DNA of 59,658 nucleotides from assembly GCA_964620095.1 (NCBI GenBank), contig CAZUGT010000084.1, forward strand, positions 1 to 59,658. The letters run 5' to 3'. The notes under the pieces were generated by a model that ran no database searches, was not told the DNA's origin, and was given only the letters and a program-made list of their open reading frames with translations. A program made the position numbers and the translations under genes. Shown in pieces: positions 1 through 9,570 of the stretch. This DNA is from an uncultured Rhodospirillaceae bacterium (GTDB taxonomy: Bacteria > Pseudomonadota > Alphaproteobacteria > Rhodospirillales > UBA2165). How positions within the stretch are numbered: position 1 is the first letter of the stretch; each line of letters begins with the position of its first letter.

Positions 1-1944
1 TTGTTCCAGCACGCCGATTACCTCGTCGACATCCTCGCGATAGGCGATGCCCACCTCGAAGACGTAGTAGGACCACTCCTTGGTCATGTTGGTGACGGTG
101 TCGATGGCGCTGAACGGAATGGTGTGGACGTTGCCCGACAGGTCCCTGAGCCGGATTGACCGGATGGACATGTCCTCGACCCGTCCCGCCGTTCCGGCGA
201 CCCGGGCGACGTCGCCGACCGCGACCGCGTCCTCGAACAGCAGGAAGGCGCCGGTGATCACGTCCTGGACGAGTTTTTGGGAGCCGAACCCGATCGCCAA
301 GCCGGCGATGCCGGCGCCCGCCAGCAGCGGCCCGATGTTGACCCCGAGTTCGGCCAGCACCACCAGCACCACCATGACGGCGATGAAGAAAAACAGGACG
401 TTGCGCAGGAGCGGCAGCAGGGTCCGCGCCCGGTCGCGCCGGGCGAGCGCTTCCGCGCCTTCCTCCGCCTGATCGAGGTAACGCTCTATGGCGGCGCTGG
501 CGGCTTCCCAGACCACCAACGCGACGATGAGGACGATGGCGATGGTGGCTGCCGCGGATACGATCCGCGACCCGGCCGGGCTCTGCAGCCAGGCGACCAC
601 ATCGAGGCCCCAGGCCTGGAAGATCACGGTCAGCGCGATGATCAGGACGAAGACGCGCAGCACCCGCTCCATGACCGGCAGGTAGCGGTTGGCGCGTTGC
701 TCCAGGCCCGGATAACGGGCCTTCAACTCGTCCCTGATGGAGAACCCCCGCTGGATCGCCCGGTGAATGCCGTGACTGACCAGGATTGCGATCACGATGG
801 CCGCCACCGTGATCACGGATGAGCCGAGGAAGTTCTCGAAACCGTCCTCGATCCGAAGCGCCCAGATACCGTAGACCGCGGCGATATAGATGATGGCGAG
901 CGCGTGCCAGATATCGGCGATCCGGTTGCGGAGCGCGGTCAGGGGGTGGCCGCGTTCGGGCTGCCCGTCGCCCGCGTGGAGGAACTCCGCGAACGGCCGT
1001 CGGTTCTGAAGGACGAAGATAACGGCCATGGCGGCGATCAGCAGGCCGAGGAAGGTAACGGAAAATTGCTGTCCGCCCCCGGGCAGGCCCAAGAGCCCCG
1101 CGGCGGCGATCCCGAAGAAACCGTAAACCCAGATGAACGTAAACCGCCGCGCCCAGATATAGAGGTAGTTGGAAGTCTCGCCGGAGGCGGGGATGAACCG
1201 CAGCCCCTGAACCCGGGGCGCGAGGATCATGCGCGCGAAGACCATGACGGCGCCGGCCAGGACGTAGGCGTTGATGATGGTGACGACCACCAGGCGGGTG
1301 AGATCGGCCGGCTCGGTGATCGGGAGGATGGCGTAGCCGGCAACGGCCGCCGCCGCGACCGGGATCAGGTCGAGCAGCGTGCGGATGGCGAGGAACAGCA
1401 GGCGGACGAGCACGGACTCGCTGGATTGCTGTTCGACGGCTTCCCGCGGCCGGCGCAAGACCCGGCGCGCGGCGGTCCCGGCCGCGACCGCGGCAGCCAC
1501 CACCACGATCAGCTTCAAGATGATCCGCAGCCAACGCTCGCGGGCTTCGGTATCCGTCACCTGATCCCTTAGCCAGTCGAGCAGTTTGGGCGCGTCGTCC
1601 AGGGCGGTGCCCGCATCGAGAAACGCCTCGCCGGCATCCTTGGCGCGCTGGGCGAGCGTGCCGATGACCTTGGTGCCGACGGACGAGGCAGGTTTCGGCC
1701 CATCGCCCGCCGGCCGTTGGGCGGCGATCAGGGCCTTCAGTTGATCGATCAGTTTTTGCCGCTCGGCGTCGTTCTCGATGGACGTGAGCAGGGACTCGAG
1801 TTCCGCCTGGCCGACGGCCGGTGCGGCGGGCGCCTGCTGAGCCGACGCGGCGCCGGCGCCCGACAGGACGGCCGCCGCGAGGAACAGGGCCGACAGGGGT
1901 TTCAGCATCCTGAGGATCGATTTGGGGATCGACGTCGAAGCCAT
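1..1944 (-). CDS. MscS-family mechanosensitive ion channel with signal-like N-terminus; 3' end runs off the window
   Basis: Own reverse translation. ATG at 1944 gives MASTSIPKSILRMLKPLSALFLAAAVLSGAGAASAQQAP (alt start 1908). Positions 270-1 give VQDVITGAFLLFEDAVAVGDVARVAGTAGRVEDMSIRSIRLRDLSGNVHTIPFSAIDTVTNMTKEWSYYVFEVGIAYREDVDEVIGVLEQ, the MscS beta-domain pattern, in frame with 1944. Absent from the ORF track because no stop lies in the window. I did not check every codon for internal stops. Confidence 0.75.
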   Translation of the reverse strand, partial: MASTSIPKSILRMLKPLSALFLAAAVLSGAGAASAQQAPAAPAVGQAELESLLTSIENDAERQKLIDQLKALIAAQRPAGDGPKPASSVGTKVIGTLAQRAKDAGEAFLDAGTALDDAPKLLDWLRDQVTDTEARERWLRIILKLIVVVAAAVAAGTAARRVLRRPREAVEQQSSESVLVRLLFLAIRTLLDLIPVAAAAVAGYAILPITEPADLTRLVVVTIINAYVLAGAVMVFARMILAPRVQGLRFIPASGETSNYLYIWARRFTFIWVYGFFGIAAAGLLGLPGGGQQFSVTFLGLLIAAMAVIFVLQNRRPFAEFLHAGDGQPERGHPLTALRNRIADIWHALAIIYIAAVYGIWALRIEDGFENFLGSSVITVAAIVIAILVSHGIHRAIQRGFSIRDELKARYPGLEQRANRYLPVMERVLRVFVLIIALTVIFQAWGLDVVAWLQSPAGSRIVSAAATIAIVLIVALVVWEAASAAIERYLDQAEEGAEALARRDRARTLLPLLRNVLFFFIAVMVVLVVLAELGVNIGPLLAGAGIAGLAIGFGSQKLVQDVITGAFLLFEDAVAVGDVARVAGTAGRVEDMSIRSIRLRDLSGNVHTIPFSAIDTVTNMTKEWSYYVFEVGIAYREDVDEVIGVLEQ

Positions 1945-2013
1945 GCGGCGGAGATTAGCCAGCCGCCCCGGAAGAGTCACATGATTTGCAACATCTGCGG
2001 CGAGCAGGCGGGT

Positions 2014-3738
2014 CTAGCCGTCTTGCCGGGTGCCGCTCCGGGAGGCGATGATTTCGTGGAGCATGGCGTAGTCGTCCTCGCGGAATGAATCGAGTGTGGC
2101 GGCGCTGTCCTCGGCGCTGATGCCGATGGAGCGGATGATGATGCCGCCGAGCTGAAGGCTGGCCTCGAGGGTTTCCGGAACCACGGCGGTTGCGCCCAGA
2201 TCCTCGAGCTGGCGGACGTGGGTCAGGTCCCGGGCGCGGACATAAATCGCCAGGTCCGGATATGCGGATCTGAGTTCCCGCACCGCCCGGCTGACATCCT
2301 CCGGCTCGTTGATCGTGATGACCACCGCCCGGGCCCGGGCCGCACCCGCCGCGGTGATTACCGAGATTTCGGTGGCGGCGCCGTAATAGACCTCGGTTCC
2401 GTGATGCTGGCATTGGGCGACCAGCCGGTAGTCCTGGTCCAGGGCGATGTGGGGGGTGTTGGTGGCGTTGAGCACCATGGCGATTGTCTGGCCGACCCGC
2501 CCGAACCCGATGATGATGATATGGTCCTCCAGCTCGCTGCCGGCCTTGCTGACGTCCGAGGCGGGCGGGATCACGCCGGGGGTCAGCCATTCGGCATACC
2601 GGTCGCCCAAATAGGCCGTCAGGGGCGTCAGCGCCATGGTGATGGCCACCGCCGCGAACAATACGGCGCCCATCCCGGGGGACAGGATGCCGGCCGCCAT
2701 GGCCGCGCCGAATATGACGAAGCCGAACTCCCCGCCCTGGCCGAGGATCAGGCCCACCCGCCCCGAAACGGTGGCCGACAGGCCGAAGGCCCGGCACAAA
2801 AGGCCGATGACGACCGATTTCCCGATCAGCAGGCCGGCAACGATGCCGAGGATCGGCAGCCACTCGGCGATGACCACCCGGACATCGACCACCATGCCCA
2901 CCGACATGAAGAACAGGCCGAGAAACAGGCCGCGGAACGGCCGGATATCGGCCTCGACCTGATGCCGGTACTCGGTCTCGGCGAGCAACAGTCCGGCGAG
3001 GAAGGCGCCCAATGCCATGGAGAGGCCGGCCAGGGAGAAGACCAGGCCCGTACCCAGTACGACCAGCAGGGTGGCGGCAACGAACAGCTCGGTACTGCCG
3101 GACGCGGCGATCAGCCGGTAGACCGGCCGCAGTACCGCCCGGCCGACGACGACGGCGACGACCAGTGCGACAACGGCCTTCAGGCCCGCCTCGCCGATCG
3201 CCGTCAGCAGGGAGGGGCCCTGCTCGTTCAGCAGCGGCACCAGGATCAGCAACGGCACGATGATCAAATCCTGGAACAGCAGGACGGCGAAGGACATGGT
3301 GCCGTAGGGCGTGGCTCGCTCGCCGCGCTCGGTCAGCAGTTGCAGGACGAACGCGGTCGACGACAAGGCGAGGCCCGCCCCGATGACGATCGCCGCGTTG
3401 ACGGAAATCCCGAACGCCAGCGCGGTCGCGAAGATGATGGCGCCGGTCAGCGCGACCTGCGCCGTGCCCAGCCCGAACACATAATATCGGAGCTGCCTGA
3501 GCCGCCCGAAGGACAGTTCAAGGCCGACGGTGAACAGCAGAAACACCACGCCGAACTCGGCCAGCGCCTGGGCGCCCTCGGCATCGCCGATGAAGCCGAA
3601 ACCATGGGGGCCGATGAGAATGCCGGCCGCCAGGTAGCCGATCATCGGGCTCGTTTTCAGACGTTTGAGGAGGGGGACGATGACGATGGCGGCGATCAAC
3701 AGGACCAGGACGTCCGCCAGGATCGGCGAGTGCTGCAT
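2014..3738 (-). CDS. CPA2 monovalent cation:proton antiporter with C-terminal RCK/TrkA-N domain (KefB/KefC-like K+ efflux)
   Basis: ORF 2014..3738, 574 aa. N-terminus MQHSPILADVLVLLIAAIVIVPLLKRLKTSPMIGYLAAGILIGPHGFGFI is typical of Kef/YbaL. C-terminal IIIIGFGRVGQ is a Rossmann-type RCK motif. Confidence 0.85.
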   Translation of the reverse strand: MQHSPILADVLVLLIAAIVIVPLLKRLKTSPMIGYLAAGILIGPHGFGFIGDAEGAQALAEFGVVFLLFTVGLELSFGRLRQLRYYVFGLGTAQVALTGAIIFATALAFGISVNAAIVIGAGLALSSTAFVLQLLTERGERATPYGTMSFAVLLFQDLIIVPLLILVPLLNEQGPSLLTAIGEAGLKAVVALVVAVVVGRAVLRPVYRLIAASGSTELFVAATLLVVLGTGLVFSLAGLSMALGAFLAGLLLAETEYRHQVEADIRPFRGLFLGLFFMSVGMVVDVRVVIAEWLPILGIVAGLLIGKSVVIGLLCRAFGLSATVSGRVGLILGQGGEFGFVIFGAAMAAGILSPGMGAVLFAAVAITMALTPLTAYLGDRYAEWLTPGVIPPASDVSKAGSELEDHIIIIGFGRVGQTIAMVLNATNTPHIALDQDYRLVAQCQHHGTEVYYGAATEISVITAAGAARARAVVITINEPEDVSRAVRELRSAYPDLAIYVRARDLTHVRQLEDLGATAVVPETLEASLQLGGIIIRSIGISAEDSAATLDSFREDDYAMLHEIIASRSGTRQDG

Positions 3739-3739
3739 C

Positions 3740-4180
3740 TCAGGCGGCGCCCGTCGTCACGGCTGCTTCTTCGAGCGCTTCGATGGCCGCTTCGACCGCC
3801 AGCATGATGGCGCCGTGGCGCGGAGTGGCGGATTTGGCCGGCGCCAGCGCGGCGAGCGCCGCCCACTTGCCCTCCGGCGGCGGTCCGCCGCCGGCCAGCA
3901 TGGCGGCCATTTGGTCCCGCAGGGTGCCGAGTTCCGCCAAATCGGCCCCGATGACGTGCTGGGCGATCACCGACGCGGCCGCCTGACCCAGGGCGCAGGC
4001 CTTGATCTCCTGCGCATAGTCGGTGACCACGCCATCCTCGATCCCGAGGTCGACGACGATGCCGCTGCCGCACAGGGGCGCGGTCCGGGTGACGCTGGCA
4101 TCGGGGTCTGCCAGCCGGCCGATGCGCCCGATATTCCCCGCCAGCCGAAGCACATCCTTGTTGTAGATGTCGTCGATCAT
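3740..4180 (-). CDS. IscU/SufU(NifU N-terminal)-like Fe-S scaffold-family protein
   Basis: Internal start MIDDIYNKDVLRLAGN of ORF 3740..4321, with GGAG 7-10 nt upstream. CGSG and KACALGQAAAS motifs align with IscU/SufU Cys sites, while the third Cys position reads RHGAIML. Confidence 0.65.
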   Translation of the reverse strand: MIDDIYNKDVLRLAGNIGRIGRLADPDASVTRTAPLCGSGIVVDLGIEDGVVTDYAQEIKACALGQAAASVIAQHVIGADLAELGTLRDQMAAMLAGGGPPPEGKWAALAALAPAKSATPRHGAIMLAVEAAIEALEEAAVTTGAA

Positions 4181-4317
4181 GCGATCTCCATGACCCCAAA
4201 ATAGTTCGCATCCTTGGCCGTGCCCAGCCTGGATTGCCGGCCTGGATTGCCAACTGGGATCGATCATCAAAGCGGTTCTCGCCCGGGCCGGTTTGGGATA
4301 GGGTCCGCGGCGCCACA

Positions 4318-4359
4318 TCAACGGCCTGAACTCAACGGCCTGAATTCAACGGCCTGAAC
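4318..4359. repeat. 3 x 14-bp tandem direct repeat TCAACGGCCTGAA(C/T) ending 1 nt before the queA ATG
   Basis: Read directly: copies at 4318-4331, 4332-4345 and 4346-4359, with one mismatch (T at 4345). Confidence 0.9.
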
Positions 4360-4360
4360 C

Positions 4361-5392
4361 ATGCGTCTCGACGAATTCGATTTCGAGCTGCCCGCCTCGG
4401 CGATTGCACAGCGCCCGGTGCAACCGCGCGATGCCGCGCGGCTGCTGCATGTGTCCGGCGGCCTGGCCGGTCACCGGGTGCGAGACCTGCCCGGCCTGCT
4501 TCGTCCGGGGGACCTGATGGTTTTCAACGACACCAAGGTTATTCCTGCCCGGCTGCGGGGATCGCGCGGCGAAGCGTCCATCGAGGTTACGCTTCACAAG
4601 GAGGAGGGGGAGGGGATTTGGGCGGCGTTCGCTCGGCCGGCAAAGCGCCTGAAGGAGGGGGACGCCATTGCGTTCGCCCCCGGTCTGCGCGCGGCGGTAA
4701 CCGCGAAGCGGGATGCCGGCGAGGTGGTGCTGGATTTCCAAACCACCCGGAACGGCCTGTTCGCCGCCCTCGAGGCGCATGGCCGGATGCCGCTGCCGCC
4801 GTACATCAAGCGGAAAAAGACCGGGAACGACGAAGACCGGGAGGATTATCAGACCATGTTCGCGGCGCGGGAGGGCGCGGTGGCCGCCCCGACCGCCGGG
4901 CTGCACTTCACGCCCGGGCTGATGGAGCGATTGGCCGATGCGGGCATCGATCATGCGACCCTGACGCTGCACGTGGGCGCCGGCACGTTCCTGCCGGTGA
5001 AGGCGGACGACACGGACGGCCACGTCATGCACGGGGAATGGGGCGAGGTGCCGCCGGGCGCGGCCCGGCGGATCAACGAGGCGCGCGCCGCCGGCGGCCG
5101 CATCGTCGGGGTGGGCACGACGGTGGTGCGGCTTCTGGAGAGCGCGGCGGACGGCCATGGGCGGATTCATCCCTTTGACGGCGAGACGGATTTGTTCATA
5201 ACCCCCGGATACGAATTCAAGGCAATCGATCTGATGCTGACCAACTTTCACCTGCCCAAATCCACCCTGTTCATGCTGGTGTCCGCCTTCGCCGGATTGG
5301 AGCGGATGAAGGCCGCATACGCCCACGCCGTCGCGTCGGGCTACCGGTTCTATTCGTACGGCGATTGCTGCCTGCTGGAGCCCCATTCATGA
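4361..5392 (+). CDS. queA: S-adenosylmethionine:tRNA ribosyltransferase-isomerase
   Basis: 343 aa. [29 protein letters not shown] matches the canonical QueA N-terminus. The stop overlaps the tgt start (ATGA). Confidence 0.95.
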   Translation: MRLDEFDFELPASAIAQRPVQPRDAARLLHVSGGLAGHRVRDLPGLLRPGDLMVFNDTKVIPARLRGSRGEASIEVTLHKEEGEGIWAAFARPAKRLKEGDAIAFAPGLRAAVTAKRDAGEVVLDFQTTRNGLFAALEAHGRMPLPPYIKRKKTGNDEDREDYQTMFAAREGAVAAPTAGLHFTPGLMERLADAGIDHATLTLHVGAGTFLPVKADDTDGHVMHGEWGEVPPGAARRINEARAAGGRIVGVGTTVVRLLESAADGHGRIHPFDGETDLFITPGYEFKAIDLMLTNFHLPKSTLFMLVSAFAGLERMKAAYAHAVASGYRFYSYGDCCLLEPHS

Positions 5393-6516
5393 CCGGTATC
5401 GGGTTCGAACTGCTGGCGGGCGACGGCGAGGCGCGCCGGGGACGGTTGACCACCGCGCACGGCAATGTCGAGACCCCGGCCTTCATGCCGGTGGGCACGG
5501 CGGCGACGGTCAAGGCGATGACGCCCGGGGCGGTGGCGGCGACAGGCGCCCAGATTATTCTCGGCAACACTTATCACCTGATGCTGCGTCCCGGCGCGGA
5601 GCTGATCGGCGATTTGGGCGGCCTGCACGAGTTCATGAACTGGCCGGGTCCGATCCTGACGGATTCCGGCGGCTTTCAGGTGATGTCGCTTGCCAAGCTC
5701 CGCAAGATGTCCGAAGACGGCGTCGAGTTCCAATCCCACATCGACGGCGGCCGCCACATGTTGAGCCCGGAGCGCTCGGTCGAAATCCAGCACCGGCTCG
5801 ATGCCGATATCACCATGGCGCTCGACGAGTGCGTCGCCCTGCCGGCGCCGGACGAAGACATCCTGGCCTCGGTCGGCCTGTCGGAACGGTGGGCGGCCCG
5901 CTGCAAGGAGGCGTTCGTCGAGCGGGACGGCTACGGGCTGTTCGGCATCGTCCAGGGCGGGACCAACCCGGACCTGCGACTCGAGTCCGCCGCCGGGCTG
6001 GTGAATATGGGGTTCGACGGATATGCCCTCGGCGGCCTTGCCGTCGGAGAGGGGCAGGAGGCCATGTTCGCCACCCTCGATGTCACCGTACCGGCGCTGC
6101 CCGGGAACCGGCCCCGCTACCTGATGGGGGTCGGCAAGCCCGGCGACATCGTCGGCGCGGTTCTCCGCGGCATCGACATGTTCGACTGCGTGCTGCCCAC
6201 CCGTTCGGGGCGCACCGGTCAGGCGTTCACCCGCCGGGGCGAGGTCAATATCCGCAACGCCCGTCACGCCAAGGACCCGCGCCCGTTGGATGACGCGTGC
6301 CGATGCCCGGCATGCACGGACCATTCCCGGGCGTACCTCCATCACCTGGTCAAATCGGACGAGATTCTCGGCGCCATGCTGATGACCCGGCACAACATCC
6401 AATACTATCAGGACCTGATGGCCGGGCTTCGGGACGCGATCGAGGCCGGCGCGCTGCAGGCCTTCGCCGGCGATTTCCGCAATACCCGCGCGCTCGGCGA
6501 TATAGAGCCGCTCTAG
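5389..6516 (+). CDS. tgt: tRNA-guanine transglycosylase (queuine tRNA-ribosyltransferase)
   Basis: ORF 5365..6516. Start taken at MTGIGFEL (5389), overlapping the queA stop. Contains [22 protein letters not shown] and the Zn motif CxCxxC...H ([16 protein letters not shown]). Confidence 0.95.
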   Translation: MTGIGFELLAGDGEARRGRLTTAHGNVETPAFMPVGTAATVKAMTPGAVAATGAQIILGNTYHLMLRPGAELIGDLGGLHEFMNWPGPILTDSGGFQVMSLAKLRKMSEDGVEFQSHIDGGRHMLSPERSVEIQHRLDADITMALDECVALPAPDEDILASVGLSERWAARCKEAFVERDGYGLFGIVQGGTNPDLRLESAAGLVNMGFDGYALGGLAVGEGQEAMFATLDVTVPALPGNRPRYLMGVGKPGDIVGAVLRGIDMFDCVLPTRSGRTGQAFTRRGEVNIRNARHAKDPRPLDDACRCPACTDHSRAYLHHLVKSDEILGAMLMTRHNIQYYQDLMAGLRDAIEAGALQAFAGDFRNTRALGDIEPL

Positions 6517-7007
6517 GCGGACGACGCTTCCGTCTTCTCCCGCCGCCGGATGATCCACCAGACGATCACCGCGCCGACGAGCTTGCTCAGGGTCTGGATC
6601 AGCACCGCGAACGGCGAGCCGAACCCGGCCATGTAGAGAAACACCGCGCTGTCGACCGGGGTGGCGACGATGCTGGAAAGCAGGATCCGCTGGGACAGGG
6701 TCCGGCCGGTGAAGGTGTAGACGGCCCAGTCGATGAATTCGGCGACCAGGAAGGCCGCGACGCTGGCCATGGCGATCTGGGGGCTGGCCATGAAGTAGCT
6801 GATTGCGCCGCCGACCAGCATGGCGATGATGACCCAGTGCCCGATTTCCCGCTGGGCGAAATCCCGGGAGACGAAAATGAACCCGACGATCAGGGAAACC
6901 GGCGGCCATGCCGCGCCGTTTGGCAGGATGACGGGATCGACCACGGAGAACGCCCAGTTCACGGCGACGATCAACGCGATGTAAATACCGGTCTGAAGAA
7001 ATTTCAT
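6513..7007 (-). CDS. yhhQ: Queuosine-precursor transporter, VUT/YhhQ (DUF165) family
   Basis: Internal start [20 protein letters not shown] of ORF 6513..7157. About 164 aa of multi-TM protein with the FxxxExxDxxVY-like motif ([11 protein letters not shown]). Convergent with and overlapping the tgt stop. Confidence 0.75.
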   Translation of the reverse strand: MKFLQTGIYIALIVAVNWAFSVVDPVILPNGAAWPPVSLIVGFIFVSRDFAQREIGHWVIIAMLVGGAISYFMASPQIAMASVAAFLVAEFIDWAVYTFTGRTLSQRILLSSIVATPVDSAVFLYMAGFGSPFAVLIQTLSKLVGAVIVWWIIRRREKTEASSA

Positions 7008-7190
7008 TTCTGGCTCAACTCCTGACGTCCGGCCAATGCCGCAGGCGCCTAGATCGGCTCTAGGGCGGCTAAATAGCACACCGGTGTGCATTGTCGAGCC
7101 TACAAAGACATTGATTTTCCCCGCGCCGCGACCATAGTGCGGCCACGCCTTATCCAAGGCTTAACCCTTTCCGGTCATTCATTCGCCTTC

Positions 7191-8165
7191 ATGATCATCG
7201 CACTGCAAATCATCGGTGGATTCCTGCTGTTGCTGGGCGGGGCCGAGGTCATGGTCCGCGGCGCCGTCGCGCTGGCGCGGCGGTTCGGCATTTCGGCGCT
7301 GGTTATCGGCATGACCGTCGTGGCCCTCGGGACCTCGGCGCCCGAGCTGCTGGTGTCCCTGAACGCGGCGCTGTCGGGCGCGCCGGGGTTGGCCGTCGGC
7401 AACGTGGTCGGTTCGAACATCGCGAATATTCTGCTGATTCTCGGTGCGGCGGGCCTGGTTACGCCCATCGCCTGCGCGGCTACCGGGCTTCGCCGGGACG
7501 GCGCCATATTGCTGGCCGGCACGCTGATCTTTTCGGCGCTTTCGTTTCGCGGCGTGGTCGACGCTTGGTCGGGCGCCGTCCTGCTGATCGCCTTTTCCTA
7601 TTTCCTCTGGAACTCCTACAAGCGCGAGGCCGCGGGAAAGGGCGCCACCGGCGGCATGGCCGGGGAAGCCGGGGAGTCGGGCGCATCGCCGGCAAGTCTC
7701 TTTGCCGCCGTCCTGATGTTCCTTGCCGGTCTCGCGGCGTTGCTCATCGGATCTGAATTTGTGGTGCGGGGCGGCGTGGCGGCGGCCCGCCTGTTCGGCG
7801 TGAGTGACGCGGTGATCGGGTTGACGGTGGTGGCCTTCGGCACCTCGCTGCCCGAACTCGCCGCGTCGGTGGTCGCCGCCTATCGCGGCCACACGGATGT
7901 GGCGCTCGGCAACGTGGTCGGCAGCAATCTGTTCAATGTTCTGGGGGTCATCGGCGTCGTCGCCGTGGTTTCGCCGGTCACCGTCGAGGCCCGGGTGGTC
8001 GATTTCGACCTCTGGATCATGATCGGGGCGACGCTGTTGCTTCTGCCGTTCATGATGGGCGGCCTGCGCCAGATCGGCCGGGCGTCGGCGCTGGCCTTCC
8101 TGATCATGTATATCGCCTATATCGGCGCCATCGGCCTCGGCGTCGATCGTATCGTTCCCGCCTGA
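7191..8165 (+). CDS. Ca2+/Na+ antiporter, CaCA family (YrbG-like)
   Basis: Start at MIIALQIIGG within ORF 7086..8165. Two alpha-repeats: GTSAPELLVS...GNVVGSNIANILL and GTSLPELAAS...GNVVGSNLFNVL. Confidence 0.85.
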   Translation: MIIALQIIGGFLLLLGGAEVMVRGAVALARRFGISALVIGMTVVALGTSAPELLVSLNAALSGAPGLAVGNVVGSNIANILLILGAAGLVTPIACAATGLRRDGAILLAGTLIFSALSFRGVVDAWSGAVLLIAFSYFLWNSYKREAAGKGATGGMAGEAGESGASPASLFAAVLMFLAGLAALLIGSEFVVRGGVAAARLFGVSDAVIGLTVVAFGTSLPELAASVVAAYRGHTDVALGNVVGSNLFNVLGVIGVVAVVSPVTVEARVVDFDLWIMIGATLLLLPFMMGGLRQIGRASALAFLIMYIAYIGAIGLGVDRIVPA

Positions 8166-8219
8166 TCTTCCCCGGACCGACTTCCTTGCGCAGCGGCTGG
8201 GGACTCTTATGCTGCAACC

Positions 8220-8990
8220 ATGACCAATGAGCCTTCCGGTACCGTCCTGATCACCGGCGCCGCCCGGCGCATCGGCAAGGCAATCGTCGATGCGCTGGCC
8301 GAAGACGGCTGGCGAATCGCGCTCCACTACGGCGGCTCGGCCGATGAGGCCGAGGCCGGGGCGGCCGATCTCCGGGCGCGGGGCGCCGAGGTGGCCCTCT
8401 ACGAAGCCGACCTCCGGGACGAGGCCCAGGTCCGGGGATTGATCCCACGCATCGCCGGCGAGATGGGCACGCTCGACTGTCTGGTCAACAACGCCTCGGT
8501 GTTCGAGCGCGACTCTCTCGGCGATGCCGCCCGGGAAAGCTGGGATGCGCACATGGAGGTCAATCTCAGGGCGCCGTTCGTTCTCACCCAAGCCTTCGCG
8601 GACCAGTACCGGGGCGAAAACGGCAATATAATCAACATTCTGGACCAGCGGGTGTGGAACCTGACGCCGCATTTTTCCTCCTACACGTTGAGCAAGGCCG
8701 GTCTCTGGACCCTGACCCAGACCACCGCGCTGGCGCTGGCGCCCGCCATCCGGGTCAATGGGGTTGGACCGGGTCCGACCCTGCCGTCGCCGCGGCAGTC
8801 GGAAGACCGGTTCCGGGAGCAGTGGGAGCGTACCCCTCTGGCCCGGCGGGTCGGCCCGCAGGAAATCGCCTCGGCGGTGCGCTTTATCCTTGCGACGCCG
8901 TCCATGACCGGGCAAATGATTGCTCTCGACTCCGGACAGCATCTCGGCTGGGCTCATTCGGCCGCCGATGCCGGTGACGAAGACGAATAG
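8220..8990 (+). CDS. SDR oxidoreductase of the pteridine reductase / FolM (dihydromonapterin reductase)-like type
   Basis: 256 aa. TGAARRIG matches the TGxxxRIG signature of the PTR1/FolM subgroup. YxxxK is present (YTLSKAG). Lies directly upstream of folB. Confidence 0.7.
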   Translation: MTNEPSGTVLITGAARRIGKAIVDALAEDGWRIALHYGGSADEAEAGAADLRARGAEVALYEADLRDEAQVRGLIPRIAGEMGTLDCLVNNASVFERDSLGDAARESWDAHMEVNLRAPFVLTQAFADQYRGENGNIINILDQRVWNLTPHFSSYTLSKAGLWTLTQTTALALAPAIRVNGVGPGPTLPSPRQSEDRFREQWERTPLARRVGPQEIASAVRFILATPSMTGQMIALDSGQHLGWAHSAADAGDEDE

Positions 8991-9016
8991 ACCAATCGGG
9001 ACGGGCCGATCCGACA

Positions 9017-9433
9017 ATGCCGCCATCCAGTTCAAATGTGGTTCACGCCTTCCGGATCGCCGATGCCAAGACGTCGGTCCGGCATGTATTTATCCGCGAC
9101 CTTACGCTGACCTGCTTCATCGGCGTTCATAAGCACGAACGCAAACAGAGCCAGCGCGTGCGGATCAATCTCGATCTGGCGGTGCAGGAGGGTATCGCCG
9201 CGATCGACGACAGGCTGGAACATGTGGTGTGCTACGAGGACGTGGCGGACGGCATCCGCGCGCTGGTCGCGGACGGCCATGTCAACCTGGTCGAGACCTT
9301 GGCCGAACGGATCGCCGACATGTGCCTCTCCGATGAGCGGGTCACCGTCGCCCGGGTCCGGATCGAAAAGCTCGACGTGTTCGAGGACGCCGCAAGCGCC
9401 GGCGTGGAGATCGAGCGGTCCCGCATTTCCTGA
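9017..9433 (+). CDS. folB: Dihydroneopterin aldolase
   Basis: 138 aa. VFIRDLTLTCFIGVHKHERKQSQRVRINLDL...VCYEDVADGIRALV...VNLVETLAERIADMCL fits the FolB fold pattern. The start is uncertain and could be the GTG ~20 nt downstream. Confidence 0.8.
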   Translation: MPPSSSNVVHAFRIADAKTSVRHVFIRDLTLTCFIGVHKHERKQSQRVRINLDLAVQEGIAAIDDRLEHVVCYEDVADGIRALVADGHVNLVETLAERIADMCLSDERVTVARVRIEKLDVFEDAASAGVEIERSRIS

Positions 9434-9570
9434 GCCGCTTCTTCGGCAACGGGGCGCAACCCATTGCGATTATGGCATTTTATGGACGAAAGGGGCGCAA
9501 GTTGTGCACAGGATGCAGGGCTTTCGGGTTTGACCTCTGCGATGGGACGATTTCCTTCAAATGGCAGGGA

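Noticed and set aside
7008-7100. preQ1 riboswitch upstream of the yhhQ-like transporter
   Set aside because: The minus-strand leader has a CCUAGA/UCUAGG hairpin but lacks the A-rich tail and conserved CUA-containing pseudoknot segment of preQ1-I. I also see no resemblance to preQ1-II/III. An Rfam scan would be decisive.
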